Source: a virus
Taxonomy: Duplodnaviria; Caudoviricetes
Direction: 5' to 3' (one strand)
IMG/VR virus record: IMGVR_UViG_3300028738_000008
DNA length: 64,000 nucleotides
A program made the translations under genes and the position numbers. Shown here piece after piece: positions 46,471-56,637 of the stretch. Position 1 is the first letter of the stretch. Each line of letters begins with the position of its first letter. A model generated the notes under the pieces. That model ran no database searches, was not told the DNA's origin, and saw only the letters and a program-made list of their open reading frames with translations.

Positions 46471-47204
46471 CAGAAAAAATAAAAATCGGAATCGATATTA
46501 ACGAAATCTTGCGAGCCAAATGGCTTCAGTTTGATCGTTATTATTTCAATGAGTTTGGCGCAGATGGTGTGCCAACAAATATACCCTATGTATATGACTA
46601 TTTTAACACATATAAATGGGAAGCAGTTAGCGAACAAATAAAAGTACTTAAGGACAAATTTGTTGACGATATTAGCCCTCTAAGCTACGTTACAGACGAG
46701 AATGGTGATGCGCCAGTCGATGCATACATTTCAAATGTTGAAACAGTTAATCAAACTGGACTTGAAGTGTATAATAAATTCATGCATCTTGATTATGTCT
46801 TTGAAATATCTGGCTCTGCGCCGTTTATGTATAAAGGACTTGACTTAGACCTTAAGAATTTCTTATACAAATATGGTAAGAATATTGAGGTGACAATTTT
46901 CTCCGTAGAGAATGTTCACACTATTCCGCCAACATTATTCTTCCTGAGTAGGGTAATGTCACGCTTTAGTAATTATAAATTTGTTGAGAAGTCAACAGAT
47001 ATTATTAAAGACGTTGATATTATAATTACAACAGACCCAGAGTTGCTTGATACAAAGCTTCAAGAAGGTAAAACAATTATTAAAATTGATAGACCATATA
47101 ATGTTGAAAATGGTAAACAATATACATCAGTCCTACAATTAGTGGAATTGGTCGATAACGACGAGTTCGAAAAAATGATAGGATACACAAAAACAATCGA
47201 ATAA
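46467..47204 (+). CDS. HAD-superfamily 5'(3')-nucleotidase-like protein
   Basis: KIGIDINEILR (motif I-like), TLFFLS, DIIITTDP, KIDRPYN. Confidence 0.6.
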   Translation: MTEKIKIGIDINEILRAKWLQFDRYYFNEFGADGVPTNIPYVYDYFNTYKWEAVSEQIKVLKDKFVDDISPLSYVTDENGDAPVDAYISNVETVNQTGLEVYNKFMHLDYVFEISGSAPFMYKGLDLDLKNFLYKYGKNIEVTIFSVENVHTIPPTLFFLSRVMSRFSNYKFVEKSTDIIKDVDIIITTDPELLDTKLQEGKTIIKIDRPYNVENGKQYTSVLQLVELVDNDEFEKMIGYTKTIE

Positions 47205-47212
47205 TTACAAAA

Positions 47213-48307
47213 ATGCTAGAAAATAACGATTTAAACAAAGAAAAGATCACTGTTTTAACAAAAGCAGTCGCAAGATTGGAAGCAAAGGAATCTAAGTTCA
47301 TATTCTGTGTTCCAGACTCTGCAGGCCCTTCCGCATCAGTATATGAGCTATATACACATGCAAATGTTTTAAAGAATATGGGATATAACGTCACAATGAT
47401 GACCGAAAGTTCTGATCTGAAAGCTCCTGAGTGGATTGAACCATCATTGACAGACATTAAACATGTATTAATTACTGATTCAAAAATAAATGTATCGCCA
47501 GATGACTTTATGATCATTCCAGAGGTGTTTACGAATATTATGGAACAAACAAAGAACTTACCATGTAAGAAAATATGTTTGTTACAGTCTTTTGATTACA
47601 TGTTAAATGGCTTAATTCCAGGCACTGACTTCGAATTGTTCGGTATTAATGATGTTATTACAACATCTGAAACACTTAGAACAATGCTTAACACATTTTA
47701 TGGTGAAAAGTATAAAGTGGAAACATATGATATTGGTATTCCAGACTACTTCAAGCCATCTGAAATGCCTCAGAAACCAGTTATCTCTATCGTAGGCAGA
47801 AATAGTAATGACATTTCAAAGGTTATTAAACTATTTTTCAGTAAGTATCCTCATTTGAAATGGGTGACATTTGATCCATTGCTAACGAACACTAAACCGC
47901 CGACACAATTGGATAGAATTGACTTCGCCGAAAGACTTAGAAATAACTTTGCGGCTGTGTGGATTGATAGAATAGCATCTTTCGGAACATTCCCAATTGA
48001 GTGTATGAAAAGTGGTGTAATTCCGATCTTTATTGTCCCAGACATTGAGCCAGAATATTTGCAAGACGCCAGCAAGAAATATGTTGAGGCAGGCATGTAT
48101 ACCAGCAATATTTATGATATTCCTGTTATGATCGGCGATTTATTAACTAAATTCATCGATGACAGTATTCCAGATCAAATCTATGAAACAATGTCAGCAA
48201 TTGCCGACAGATATACAATGGATAAATCTGAAAAACAGCTTACAGAGATTTACTCTAAATATGTTGAAGAAAGAATAAGCTTTTTGAAAAATGCATTAAA
48301 CAATTAA
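47213..48307 (+). CDS. glycosyltransferase (GT-B-like)
   Basis: SVYELYTHANVLKNMGY, DFMIIPE, WIDRIASFGTFPIECMKSG. Confidence 0.7.
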   Translation: MLENNDLNKEKITVLTKAVARLEAKESKFIFCVPDSAGPSASVYELYTHANVLKNMGYNVTMMTESSDLKAPEWIEPSLTDIKHVLITDSKINVSPDDFMIIPEVFTNIMEQTKNLPCKKICLLQSFDYMLNGLIPGTDFELFGINDVITTSETLRTMLNTFYGEKYKVETYDIGIPDYFKPSEMPQKPVISIVGRNSNDISKVIKLFFSKYPHLKWVTFDPLLTNTKPPTQLDRIDFAERLRNNFAAVWIDRIASFGTFPIECMKSGVIPIFIVPDIEPEYLQDASKKYVEAGMYTSNIYDIPVMIGDLLTKFIDDSIPDQIYETMSAIADRYTMDKSEKQLTEIYSKYVEERISFLKNALNN

Positions 48308-48313
48308 TAGAAA

Positions 48314-49114
48314 ATGACACAATTAAGTATAATAATTCCAGTATCAGAATTCAATGACACTGTTAAAGAATATCTAGCTAAGGCGATTAAATCTGTTGCA
48401 GATCAGGACAATGCTCCTGATAAGCCACAGTTAGTAGTGGTATTTCCACCAAAAGCCGCACAGGTAATATTCTTTGTGAAAGAGCTAAATCTTGAAAACG
48501 TTGTAAAATTTATAACGACTACAGATGCAGCTGCCGACTATCAGTCACAAATCAATTGGGCTGTAAATGAAATTGATACTGAATATTTTTCAGTTTTAGA
48601 ATTTGATGATGAACTAGGCAAAACATACGTGAAAAACGCTACACAGTACGCAGCAGCTTATCCGCTTGTAGATATTTTCATTCTAATGATGCTTGAAGTT
48701 GATACTGAAAACAAACCAGTAAAAATTTCGAACGAAATTGCTTGGTCGCAGCATTTCGCAGGCGACATTGAAAACCTTGGGTATCTTAGCGTTGAAACCG
48801 TTAAATCTTATTCAGACTTCAAGCTTTCGGGTGCTGTGATTAAAAAATCAGACTTTGTAAAGAATGGTGGATATAAAGTTAATATAAAGTTAACATTTAT
48901 GTTTGAATACTTGCTAAGGTCATTGAATAATAACAGCAAGGCTTTCATCATTCCAAAGATCATCTACAAGCATTTGGTAGATCGCCCAGACAGCATGTTC
49001 GAAGTATATTCTAAAACAATGCCAAAACTGGAACGTAAGTTTTGGTTCGACATTGCAATGAAGGAGTACTTCTTCAATAAAGATAGAGAGTTAAATCTAT
49101 CTAGCATTAGTTAA
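48314..49114 (+). CDS. glycosyltransferase family 2-like (GT-A)
   Basis: LSIIIPV, SQINWAV, YFSVLEFDDEL (DxD-like). Confidence 0.7.
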   Translation: MTQLSIIIPVSEFNDTVKEYLAKAIKSVADQDNAPDKPQLVVVFPPKAAQVIFFVKELNLENVVKFITTTDAAADYQSQINWAVNEIDTEYFSVLEFDDELGKTYVKNATQYAAAYPLVDIFILMMLEVDTENKPVKISNEIAWSQHFAGDIENLGYLSVETVKSYSDFKLSGAVIKKSDFVKNGGYKVNIKLTFMFEYLLRSLNNNSKAFIIPKIIYKHLVDRPDSMFEVYSKTMPKLERKFWFDIAMKEYFFNKDRELNLSSIS

Positions 49115-49128
49115 AAACGAATATTTAA

Positions 49129-49875
49129 ATGAAAAAAAAGAAATATGAGTTATACTTTGCCGAAAAAGAGGAACAAGCCATAATCGACTATATTGCGACA
49201 GATTCCGCCGAAGTTAAAAACAAAATTTATAATGAAATATTGATTGTACCATTTCGTAAAATGATACAATCAATATTACGAAAATATCCGATTTATATCG
49301 GATGCTACGACATTGCAGAGGTTGAATCCAATGCTTTGAGTCATCTTATTGAGCAAATGGTTAAGTATAAACCAGATACAATTACAAAATCTGGTAACAA
49401 GACCAAAGCTTTCAGTTATTGTCAAACAATTGTTCGTAACTATTATAAGGATCATGGTAGAAAAAGCTACACCGAAAAGAAGACTAACTTATCTTATGAG
49501 GATTATACCGATGATTTCGATAATAATTCTTCGTATGCATATGAACTTGATGGCGAAAACAGCGTTGACATACTTGATAAATTAATTCAATCTATTATAG
49601 ATGAGATTAATGATAAAATATCTCAGCCAACTATTAAGAAAAATGAACTTGTCGTTGGCGATGCCATTATAAACATTCTTAAAAATTGGGAATTACTGTT
49701 CAAAGAAGATAGCCCCGATGGTAAGTATAATAAAAAGGTTAGCAATATTTTTGCAAAGAATAAGATTTTGCTATATCTAAAGGAAATAACAAATCTGTCA
49801 ACAAAGGAAATTCGTGTGGCTATTAAGCCTTTCAAGGATTTATACTACATGAAGAAACAGAGCTTTTTCCAATAA
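49129..49875 (+). CDS. phage RNA polymerase sigma factor (T4 gp55-like late sigma candidate)
   Basis: AIIDY..FRKMIQSILRKY..ESNALSHLIEQMVKYKPD..KAFSYCQTIVRNYY resembles sigma region 2; no region 4 HTH recognised. Confidence 0.65.
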   Translation: MKKKKYELYFAEKEEQAIIDYIATDSAEVKNKIYNEILIVPFRKMIQSILRKYPIYIGCYDIAEVESNALSHLIEQMVKYKPDTITKSGNKTKAFSYCQTIVRNYYKDHGRKSYTEKKTNLSYEDYTDDFDNNSSYAYELDGENSVDILDKLIQSIIDEINDKISQPTIKKNELVVGDAIINILKNWELLFKEDSPDGKYNKKVSNIFAKNKILLYLKEITNLSTKEIRVAIKPFKDLYYMKKQSFFQ

Positions 49876-49888
49876 ATCATATTTTTTA

Positions 49889-49898
49889 GTATTTATAT
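49889..49898 (+). promoter_or_regulatory. putative late promoter GTATTTATAT
   Basis: Exact motif 14 nt upstream of the ATG at 49913. Confidence 0.65.
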
Positions 49899-49912
49899 GT
49901 AAAAACTATAAT

Positions 49913-50287
49913 ATGCCAAGACCAGCAAGAAAAAGATTGAGATTCGATGAAGAAAGTATGAACGATCTTCTACAGGAAATTTATGACGATTCGCTCAATA
50001 TCAAGCAAAAAGCTATACGTCTGTTTAATAAATGGGAAGTAAAGATTAAAGAAACTGGCGAAGTTGCCGCTATCGGCGATCAGCTTATCAAGCTTATTGC
50101 AGCAGAAGCCAAAAATGCTGACCAGAAATTGTTAATGTTAAAATATCTTAAAGAAGTTGTATATGACTCTAAGACAAAGACTAACGGCGATGACGAAAAG
50201 GCTGATGACATTAGCAGCGATAGCAGACAGGCTTTAATTGACATGGTTCATGACGAAATGGATAAAGAAAAAGAAAAGACGCAGTAA
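49913..50287 (+). CDS. hypothetical late protein
   Basis: 124 aa ORF. Confidence 0.75.
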   Translation: MPRPARKRLRFDEESMNDLLQEIYDDSLNIKQKAIRLFNKWEVKIKETGEVAAIGDQLIKLIAAEAKNADQKLLMLKYLKEVVYDSKTKTNGDDEKADDISSDSRQALIDMVHDEMDKEKEKTQ

Positions 50288-50289
50288 AT

Positions 50290-51603
50290 ATGAGTATTAG
50301 CGAGAGAAAACAAAGTATATTTGCTACAATTGGGTCATTGTCTTCTTTACATGATGAAAAGGAAATTACTAAATTGAAAAGTACTTATAAATCCGTAAAG
50401 ACTAAATCCAATGACGAGATAGCATTTTTGCTCGATGTGTTAAAACAGGTCGTTGGCGGTGCTTTGTTAAAGGAAATGATCGGCGGACTTTTAACAGACT
50501 TTTTTACAAAGGTAGAATCTGAAATGAAAGAACCTTTGAAAAAACAGTTTACACAGGGTAACAGCGGCGATCAGATACCTGCGTCTTTTAAGAATGGAAT
50601 CCAAGTGCCTATTAAAAGCATTGATTCGCAGTCTAAGTTTAAGATCAAATCTGGGACTATTTCGGAAGACCTTAAATTTAATAATGTTATTCCAGATTTT
50701 GATACAAAGGTACGGTCAGCTTATTTAAATCAAGTGCCACAAGAATACTGTGGTTTGTCAATGAGTTTTGATCAGGTGACGCAATCATTAACCTTTAAAC
50801 CGACTACGGCTACTGAAAATTTTAGTATAGGTAAATGGTTTTCAGATTATATTGATGCAGCCGCTATCATAAATAAAAAAGAGGTTGTTACGAACATTTT
50901 GGATGCCATTTTTGGCACTATGGCTAAGACAGAGGATAAGAGCATAGATCAGATTATAAACGAGCTTAAATTACAGGAAACCATAAACAATATGCTCGAC
51001 GATGATAACAATCCGTTAAATCTGAATGATATCATTGATGCAGCAAATGCTTTAAAAAATGGTACTGTTGAGTATAATTTAGGATGCGGATATATCTATA
51101 ACAGTTTAACGCCAGAATTTTTCTCTGGCGCAACTACAACAATATCATCATCCAATGATCCTACTCTTGTTGGCAATGCCGTTGAATCCTGTATTACCAA
51201 TGGTGAGAATCCAGATACAATAGCTATTATTGACGAGAATTCTGCCGCCGCAAGAGATGGATATTTCGCTAGGATTATTAATATGATTAAAGAGAAAATC
51301 ATAAACGCTTTAGTTATGTCGCCTCAAATAGTTACGCTTAGGGCAATTATGGGAACATTAACATCTGGAAATCAGCCAAGCCCAAGCACAACAATTCTTG
51401 AGGAGGTCGGCGATGCAAAACAATTCATTAAATGCTTAGCACCTGTATTTGTTAATATGATGGTTGATTATATTTTGGCTATAGTGGTTTCAGAGTTATC
51501 TAAGTTATTATCGCCAATAATACAAAAGCTCGTTAAGGAAAAGACAAATCAGGTTAAAAGAATTATTCAGAGTCTTATACCAACAAAATTAGTAAAAATA
51601 TGA
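50290..51603 (+). CDS. hypothetical late (probably virion) protein
   Basis: 437 aa ORF in the operon with the spike gene. Confidence 0.75.
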   Translation: MSISERKQSIFATIGSLSSLHDEKEITKLKSTYKSVKTKSNDEIAFLLDVLKQVVGGALLKEMIGGLLTDFFTKVESEMKEPLKKQFTQGNSGDQIPASFKNGIQVPIKSIDSQSKFKIKSGTISEDLKFNNVIPDFDTKVRSAYLNQVPQEYCGLSMSFDQVTQSLTFKPTTATENFSIGKWFSDYIDAAAIINKKEVVTNILDAIFGTMAKTEDKSIDQIINELKLQETINNMLDDDNNPLNLNDIIDAANALKNGTVEYNLGCGYIYNSLTPEFFSGATTTISSSNDPTLVGNAVESCITNGENPDTIAIIDENSAAARDGYFARIINMIKEKIINALVMSPQIVTLRAIMGTLTSGNQPSPSTTILEEVGDAKQFIKCLAPVFVNMMVDYILAIVVSELSKLLSPIIQKLVKEKTNQVKRIIQSLIPTKLVKI

Positions 51604-51989
51604 GCATAGAATCTTTAATGGACTACATATCCAAACTGTTAAACATAAATGTGAGTTCAGCTCCAACTATTCCAACGCCACTAATACTTACAGGCGTTGC
51701 TAATAGATCGGGTTTATCGCCAATAAAAATAGCATCGAGAATTATTGCTAGGAAAAGTGAGGCAGGTCTGTCTGTTGGAGTATTATCAACAGGCGAAGTC
51801 GCACCTGATGAAATCATGGAAAGAATTCGTGTTGAAGAGATAATTAGAGCATTGCAAGAGGAGGCTATCATACTGGTAGCCATACCCCCAGGAATTTTGG
51901 TGCAAGCAGCTGGAACGTCACCATCAGGCCCTGTAACAGTACTTGGGTCAACAACAAATTTATCAGGTGGTAAAGGAATAATATTATAA
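51600..51989 (+). CDS. hypothetical late protein
   Basis: 129 aa; ATGA overlap with the upstream gene. Confidence 0.7.
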   Translation: MSIESLMDYISKLLNINVSSAPTIPTPLILTGVANRSGLSPIKIASRIIARKSEAGLSVGVLSTGEVAPDEIMERIRVEEIIRALQEEAIILVAIPPGILVQAAGTSPSGPVTVLGSTTNLSGGKGIIL

Positions 51990-51991
51990 GC

Positions 51992-52210
51992 ATGACAGAT
52001 ATAAAAGAATTTACGCCAACTGAATTATTGCATGAGATTAACATTGTAAAAGTGTCCCATGATAATCTGAAAGACAATGTCATTGATTTAACACACATAA
52101 TTGACGATACAACGGCACTTATTAATGAGAAGCTGGATTACATAAGAGAACTTGAAAAGAAGTATATCGAATTGATTGAAGAACTTGATAACCGAAAATT
52201 AATAGAATAA
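51992..52210 (+). CDS. small coiled-coil hypothetical protein
   Basis: 72 aa ORF. Confidence 0.65.
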   Translation: MTDIKEFTPTELLHEINIVKVSHDNLKDNVIDLTHIIDDTTALINEKLDYIRELEKKYIELIEELDNRKLIE

Positions 52211-52211
52211 A

Positions 52212-53099
52212 ATGTACGATAGAAAAACATTACAAACGCACAGGATATTTGAAAGCGAAAGCACTGGTGGTAACACCACTCGAACCATATATTATGGCGA
52301 GGTTATATCTATAACCGATTCTACCGATGGCGGAAGAATAAGGGTAAAGATATTGGAACTTGATAATAAGAAGGACGAGAATGATTTGCCTTATTGTAGC
52401 CCAATGCTTCCAAAATATTATCACATTTACCCTAAAGTGGGCGAAGTAGTGCGTGTATTTATAATGGATACTAAATACCCTAACAGAAATAGATTTTGGA
52501 TGGGTAGCGTGATTTCACAACCCCAGAAGATTGAGTTCGATTCAGTTTATACAGCATTATCAACAACTGAGATGGGTGCAGTTCAGCCTTTAAAATCGGT
52601 GAAAACAAATCCGAACACTACTGGTGTATTTCCAGAGATTGATGATGTCGGCATTATTGGTAGAGTGAATACCGATATAATTTTAAAAAAGAATCAGGTT
52701 ATTATTCGTGCTGGCAAGCATATGAATGGCGATATTAATACGCTTAATACAAAAAATCCATCGTCATTAACAATGACATTTGAACCCATTATTAATAGCT
52801 CAGATTATTATAGTAACTCAATCCTTGTTTCAGATAAAATAGCACTACTATCGCATAATGGTAATCCTAATTTTAAATCGACAATACTTACGCCACAGGA
52901 CAGGATAAATATCTTTGAAAATGGTCACCCAATAGGTCGTGGGGACATTATTGTTTACGTTTTAAATATGTTTAGAAAAGCATTGTTGTCGCATAAACAT
53001 GGATACTCTAACACGCCGCCTTTACTCGAAACAATTTTAACTGATATCGAAAAATTCGACTTCGATAGTATTTTACAAAAGAATATTGTTACAAATTAA
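52212..53099 (+). CDS. baseplate central spike (gp5/VgrG OB-fold-like)
   Basis: YGEVISITDSTDGGRIRVKI..PKVGEVVRV OB-fold pattern; C-terminal HKH metal-binding apex-like motif. Confidence 0.7.
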   Translation: MYDRKTLQTHRIFESESTGGNTTRTIYYGEVISITDSTDGGRIRVKILELDNKKDENDLPYCSPMLPKYYHIYPKVGEVVRVFIMDTKYPNRNRFWMGSVISQPQKIEFDSVYTALSTTEMGAVQPLKSVKTNPNTTGVFPEIDDVGIIGRVNTDIILKKNQVIIRAGKHMNGDINTLNTKNPSSLTMTFEPIINSSDYYSNSILVSDKIALLSHNGNPNFKSTILTPQDRINIFENGHPIGRGDIIVYVLNMFRKALLSHKHGYSNTPPLLETILTDIEKFDFDSILQKNIVTN

Positions 53100-53127
53100 A
53101 AAACCGTATATCTCTATACGGTTTTTT
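53098..53127. terminator. bidirectional intrinsic terminator
   Basis: AAAAAACCGTATA / TATACGGTTTTTT between the convergent spike and tube genes. Confidence 0.8.
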
Positions 53128-53144
53128 AATTTTGTGTAATGCTG

Positions 53145-53633
53145 TTAAACATTCAAAATACATCTCCAAGGTTGGATTTTTACATTTACGGTAGCAAGTC
53201 CATCATCGTCATAGCTGTTTTCGCCAAAATCGATAGATGTTATCATACATTGCTCCAAGAACCATTTCTCAACCTCAACACCGACTGGATCGAGTGCCTT
53301 AAGATAAATGTTCTTTTTGTAACCAGCAGCATAACCCATACGTCCTGTTAGTGATTCGACATGCAATCTTACCCATTCCATAAGTTGCTGTGATGTTGAA
53401 GGCCCGATCACGTCAAGAAAGGTAAGGTCGAGTTCTTGCCAAGCATATGCACCTGCGACATAATTAGTCTCATTCATATACTTAATATCAACCTTATTTA
53501 TATTCAGTGATGGTCTCTTGAATTTTTGTATAGCCCATACTTCAATGCCAAGTTCGTCTGGAAATTCGGCGAAGAAACGATTAATACGTTTTGGTTCATA
53601 TGCGAATGGAATACCCCTAATTAAATCTGCCAT
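53145..53633 (-). CDS. tail tube protein (T4 gp19-like)
   Basis: YEPKRINRF, KFKRPSL, YVAGAYAWQEL, LMEWVRLH, GRMGYAAGYKK, EKWFLE. Confidence 0.88.
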   Translation of the reverse strand: MADLIRGIPFAYEPKRINRFFAEFPDELGIEVWAIQKFKRPSLNINKVDIKYMNETNYVAGAYAWQELDLTFLDVIGPSTSQQLMEWVRLHVESLTGRMGYAAGYKKNIYLKALDPVGVEVEKWFLEQCMITSIDFGENSYDDDGLATVNVKIQPWRCILNV

Positions 53634-53646
53634 GTTGTCTTTTTTA

Positions 53647-53656
53647 TTATAAATAC
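53647..53656 (-). promoter_or_regulatory. putative late promoter GTATTTATAA
   Basis: One-base variant 13 nt upstream of the tube ATG. Confidence 0.6.
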
Positions 53657-53667
53657 TAATTTTTTTA

Positions 53668-53702
53668 AAAATTGAGCTTACATAATTTATAAGCTCAATT
53701 TA
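53668..53702 (-). terminator. terminator-like hairpin after sheath gene
   Basis: AAAATTGAGCTTA / TAAGCTCAATTTT. Confidence 0.65.
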
Positions 53703-53707
53703 TATAT

Positions 53708-56476
53708 TTAAATTTCTGAAAATGATGCTCCAGATGGTGCAATGGTAAAACCGATACCAATCTTTTCTAGTGAACGAGTCGGTTTAAGATAAATTTCACC
53801 GTATAATTCGTTTCTGTCTAAGGTTTCTGGCGTGTTGATCGTATCATCCATAACAACCTTGAATTCAAGCAAGCCTCTGTCTCTCTTAATACCGTCAAGG
53901 ATAGGATTAGTTTTTTGTTTGAACTGGTCAATTGTTGCTTGATCATTTTGTTCGAAAATCAATCTCATTGCGATATTAGAAATCAATACCTTGATTTGAA
54001 GTAACAATCTTCTTACGTTAATTCTATCAAGTGCGCTTTCTCTAACTTGTAAGGTTTTCTGACCAAATATAGCTGTTCCAGTGTTTGAAAAGTCAACCAT
54101 TGGGTTAATTCTACCTTTGTATAAAACGTCACGTGCTTCCTGACTCAATTTATATTTTGATCTTCTTGCATCGGTTACACCACGTTCAAGACCAGCAGGT
54201 GCATACCAAGGGAATTTCTTCGTATCAGTATAAGCAATTGCTTTAGCAACCTCGCCTGTGGGCGGTATATAAACATTCACATTGTTCTGAGTGTCTTTAA
54301 CCTGAATGAAAGGAAAATAAGTACAAGCGTAGCTACTGTCAATATCTGTGCTGTTTAACAAGTCAACAATATCGTTTGAAGCAACCACATCAGTATTATT
54401 ATTATCACCTATTGACATTGCTATGTCGATATTTGGTGCATCAATAATATATAAGCTATCAGTTCTTTGTTCTTCGATCATTTCAATTGTCTTTGTTACC
54501 AAAGTAGTATTGTCTGACCAGTTAATTGCTGGCGTCGCAAATAAATTGATGGTAATCTTTTCAGGATTTGAGAAAGTGTTTATAGCAGTTTCCCATGCCT
54601 GATAGTCATTAGCTGGCGTTACACCTGCGCCAACTCCGTCATAGATACCACCTTCACGATAAAGGTCGGTGTGAGTTCTGTTTGTTCTATTGATATCCCA
54701 TCCGTCGAATCCGCCAGAAAATGCTATAGTGAATTTTCTAGTTTTAATAGAATTATAAGCATTTGATGGTAATAAAACGTCCTGAATAGATTTAAAGCTA
54801 CTGATACCAACTTCAAATTCAAGTGGGTCAAGATTATCTGCAAGTACGATTGATGCGTCCACGTCCATATGAAAGCCCTTTGTTTTTGTAAATCCAGTAG
54901 GATTGCTTTCGCTATTCTTCCAGCCATTATAGTTGAAGAAATTTTGATTAACACCTATACCAACTGAATTAGCTGTATTATATGCAGTATTTGAAATACC
55001 TAAAGAGGTTTTCGCAATTTTATCTGTATAAGCGTAGCTTGTTTTGTAGAAAATCTTTGGCGTTACAGCTGTTTTAAATGTGTTAAACCAATATCCTTCA
55101 AAACCTGCTGGAAATGATTCTGGTTTAATATCTGCAGCTAGCTCAACCATAACATATTTACTTAACAGTTCATAGTTATCGTCGGTAGTACCAATTCGTT
55201 GTCCGATAAAATTTGTTTTTGACTGAATTAGAGAGCATCTTGTGAATGATTCCAAAATGTTCATATTAGCGTCAGTATCATAAAATGATCTGATAATTAC
55301 GTCAAATTCAAGCGTTTCAGGATTAATATTAACGATACTCACCTTGATTTCTTGGTTGGCATCATCACCGTCAGAAATTGATACAAATTTAAATAACCTG
55401 TCAACAATATTACCTTTTAGCTGAGATACAACCCAAGGTGTTTCAGGTGTTTTGAATTTTTCCTTACGATTAACAAAAATACCGTCGGTATTTTTAATAA
55501 TGTTATTGGAAATACCGAAAGCATATGAAGCAATACCTGATAGCATTGTTTCTGGCGTAAATGCGTCGCCATCAACGTCGAGTTTACTAATTAGATCAGG
55601 ATAAACCGCTTCAACCCAAATATGCGACTGTTTGGCTGTTGGAGTAGTGCCTAATACATTAGCTATAAAATTACTAGCATTTGGATTCATTGATACATTG
55701 TATGTAGCAGTTCCGCCATCTGATAACGAAACATATAAGGTAAATTCTCTGAAAAGATCACCAGTGCCATCATTTGTTAAATTTGAATCAAAATCAATAG
55801 CATTAACAGTGAATGTCGTTACGGAAGGAGCATCAACATTGTCAGTTACAGTTGCTTTGCTTCTCAATACAGCTAATACCATATCCTGATATTGAACATA
55901 AGGCGTACCTGTTAACGGAGTCTCTACGTAGTCAACATTTCCAGTACCACCAGAAATTGATGTTACTGTAAATGTGTAATAACTTCCAATAAAACTAACG
56001 CCATCTTCATTTTTAATAAAACCACTAAAAGCAGCACCTTCTTGACCAACAGTATAAACAGGTGTACCAAAGAAAGTATTATCAGTGAATTCACGACTAC
56101 CATCACTGGTTGTGCCACTTACAATTGTAGATGGATCAACGCCAGCATTAAGACTAATAGTCCAAGCCGAACCTGCATCATATCCTGATAAACCCAATAC
56201 TCTGGTGACCCACAGTTGATCAGACTCCTGTAAATATGCGTTAGCAACATAAGGCAATTGATATCTTAGGTTTCCATTGCTATATTTGCTTGTGTCTTGT
56301 GCTCCAAATTTATCCAAAAATTGTGGTCTGTCTTTAATATAAAATGGCTCAAATGCTGGGCCTTTAAGTGTTTCCCCAGCAAGTCCTAACGTTGTGATTC
56401 CAACATTACGTGTAACATAAGTTAAGTCACGTTCTTTAAATTTAACACCTGGCGAGGTGAATACAAATTCAGTCAT
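53708..56476 (-). CDS. tail sheath protein (T4 gp18-like)
   Basis: SPGVKFKERDL, GETLKGPAFEP, FSGGFDG, INLFATP, WYAPAG..RG, LYKGRINP, GQKTLQ..ALDRINVRRLL, IYLKP. Confidence 0.95.
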   Translation of the reverse strand: MTEFVFTSPGVKFKERDLTYVTRNVGITTLGLAGETLKGPAFEPFYIKDRPQFLDKFGAQDTSKYSNGNLRYQLPYVANAYLQESDQLWVTRVLGLSGYDAGSAWTISLNAGVDPSTIVSGTTSDGSREFTDNTFFGTPVYTVGQEGAAFSGFIKNEDGVSFIGSYYTFTVTSISGGTGNVDYVETPLTGTPYVQYQDMVLAVLRSKATVTDNVDAPSVTTFTVNAIDFDSNLTNDGTGDLFREFTLYVSLSDGGTATYNVSMNPNASNFIANVLGTTPTAKQSHIWVEAVYPDLISKLDVDGDAFTPETMLSGIASYAFGISNNIIKNTDGIFVNRKEKFKTPETPWVVSQLKGNIVDRLFKFVSISDGDDANQEIKVSIVNINPETLEFDVIIRSFYDTDANMNILESFTRCSLIQSKTNFIGQRIGTTDDNYELLSKYVMVELAADIKPESFPAGFEGYWFNTFKTAVTPKIFYKTSYAYTDKIAKTSLGISNTAYNTANSVGIGVNQNFFNYNGWKNSESNPTGFTKTKGFHMDVDASIVLADNLDPLEFEVGISSFKSIQDVLLPSNAYNSIKTRKFTIAFSGGFDGWDINRTNRTHTDLYREGGIYDGVGAGVTPANDYQAWETAINTFSNPEKITINLFATPAINWSDNTTLVTKTIEMIEEQRTDSLYIIDAPNIDIAMSIGDNNNTDVVASNDIVDLLNSTDIDSSYACTYFPFIQVKDTQNNVNVYIPPTGEVAKAIAYTDTKKFPWYAPAGLERGVTDARRSKYKLSQEARDVLYKGRINPMVDFSNTGTAIFGQKTLQVRESALDRINVRRLLLQIKVLISNIAMRLIFEQNDQATIDQFKQKTNPILDGIKRDRGLLEFKVVMDDTINTPETLDRNELYGEIYLKPTRSLEKIGIGFTIAPSGASFSEI

Positions 56477-56509
56477 ATCTTGTTGTTTTATTTTTTATAA
56501 TTATTTTAT

Positions 56510-56519
56510 ATATAAATAC
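56510..56519 (-). promoter_or_regulatory. putative late promoter GTATTTATAT
   Basis: Exact motif upstream of the sheath gene. Confidence 0.65.
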
Positions 56520-56611
56520 TATTTTTTATCCCAAAAGATTCGATTAAGCAAAAATTGTTAACGATTTGAGCCAAAATATTATAAACCCGATTTATAAAAA
56601 AACAAAAACAA

Positions 56612-56620
56612 GTATTTATT
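56612..56620 (+). promoter_or_regulatory. late-promoter-like GTATTTATT
   Basis: 17 nt upstream of the ATG at 56638; divergent from the sheath promoter. Confidence 0.5.
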
Positions 56621-56637
56621 CTTGTATATCACATAAT

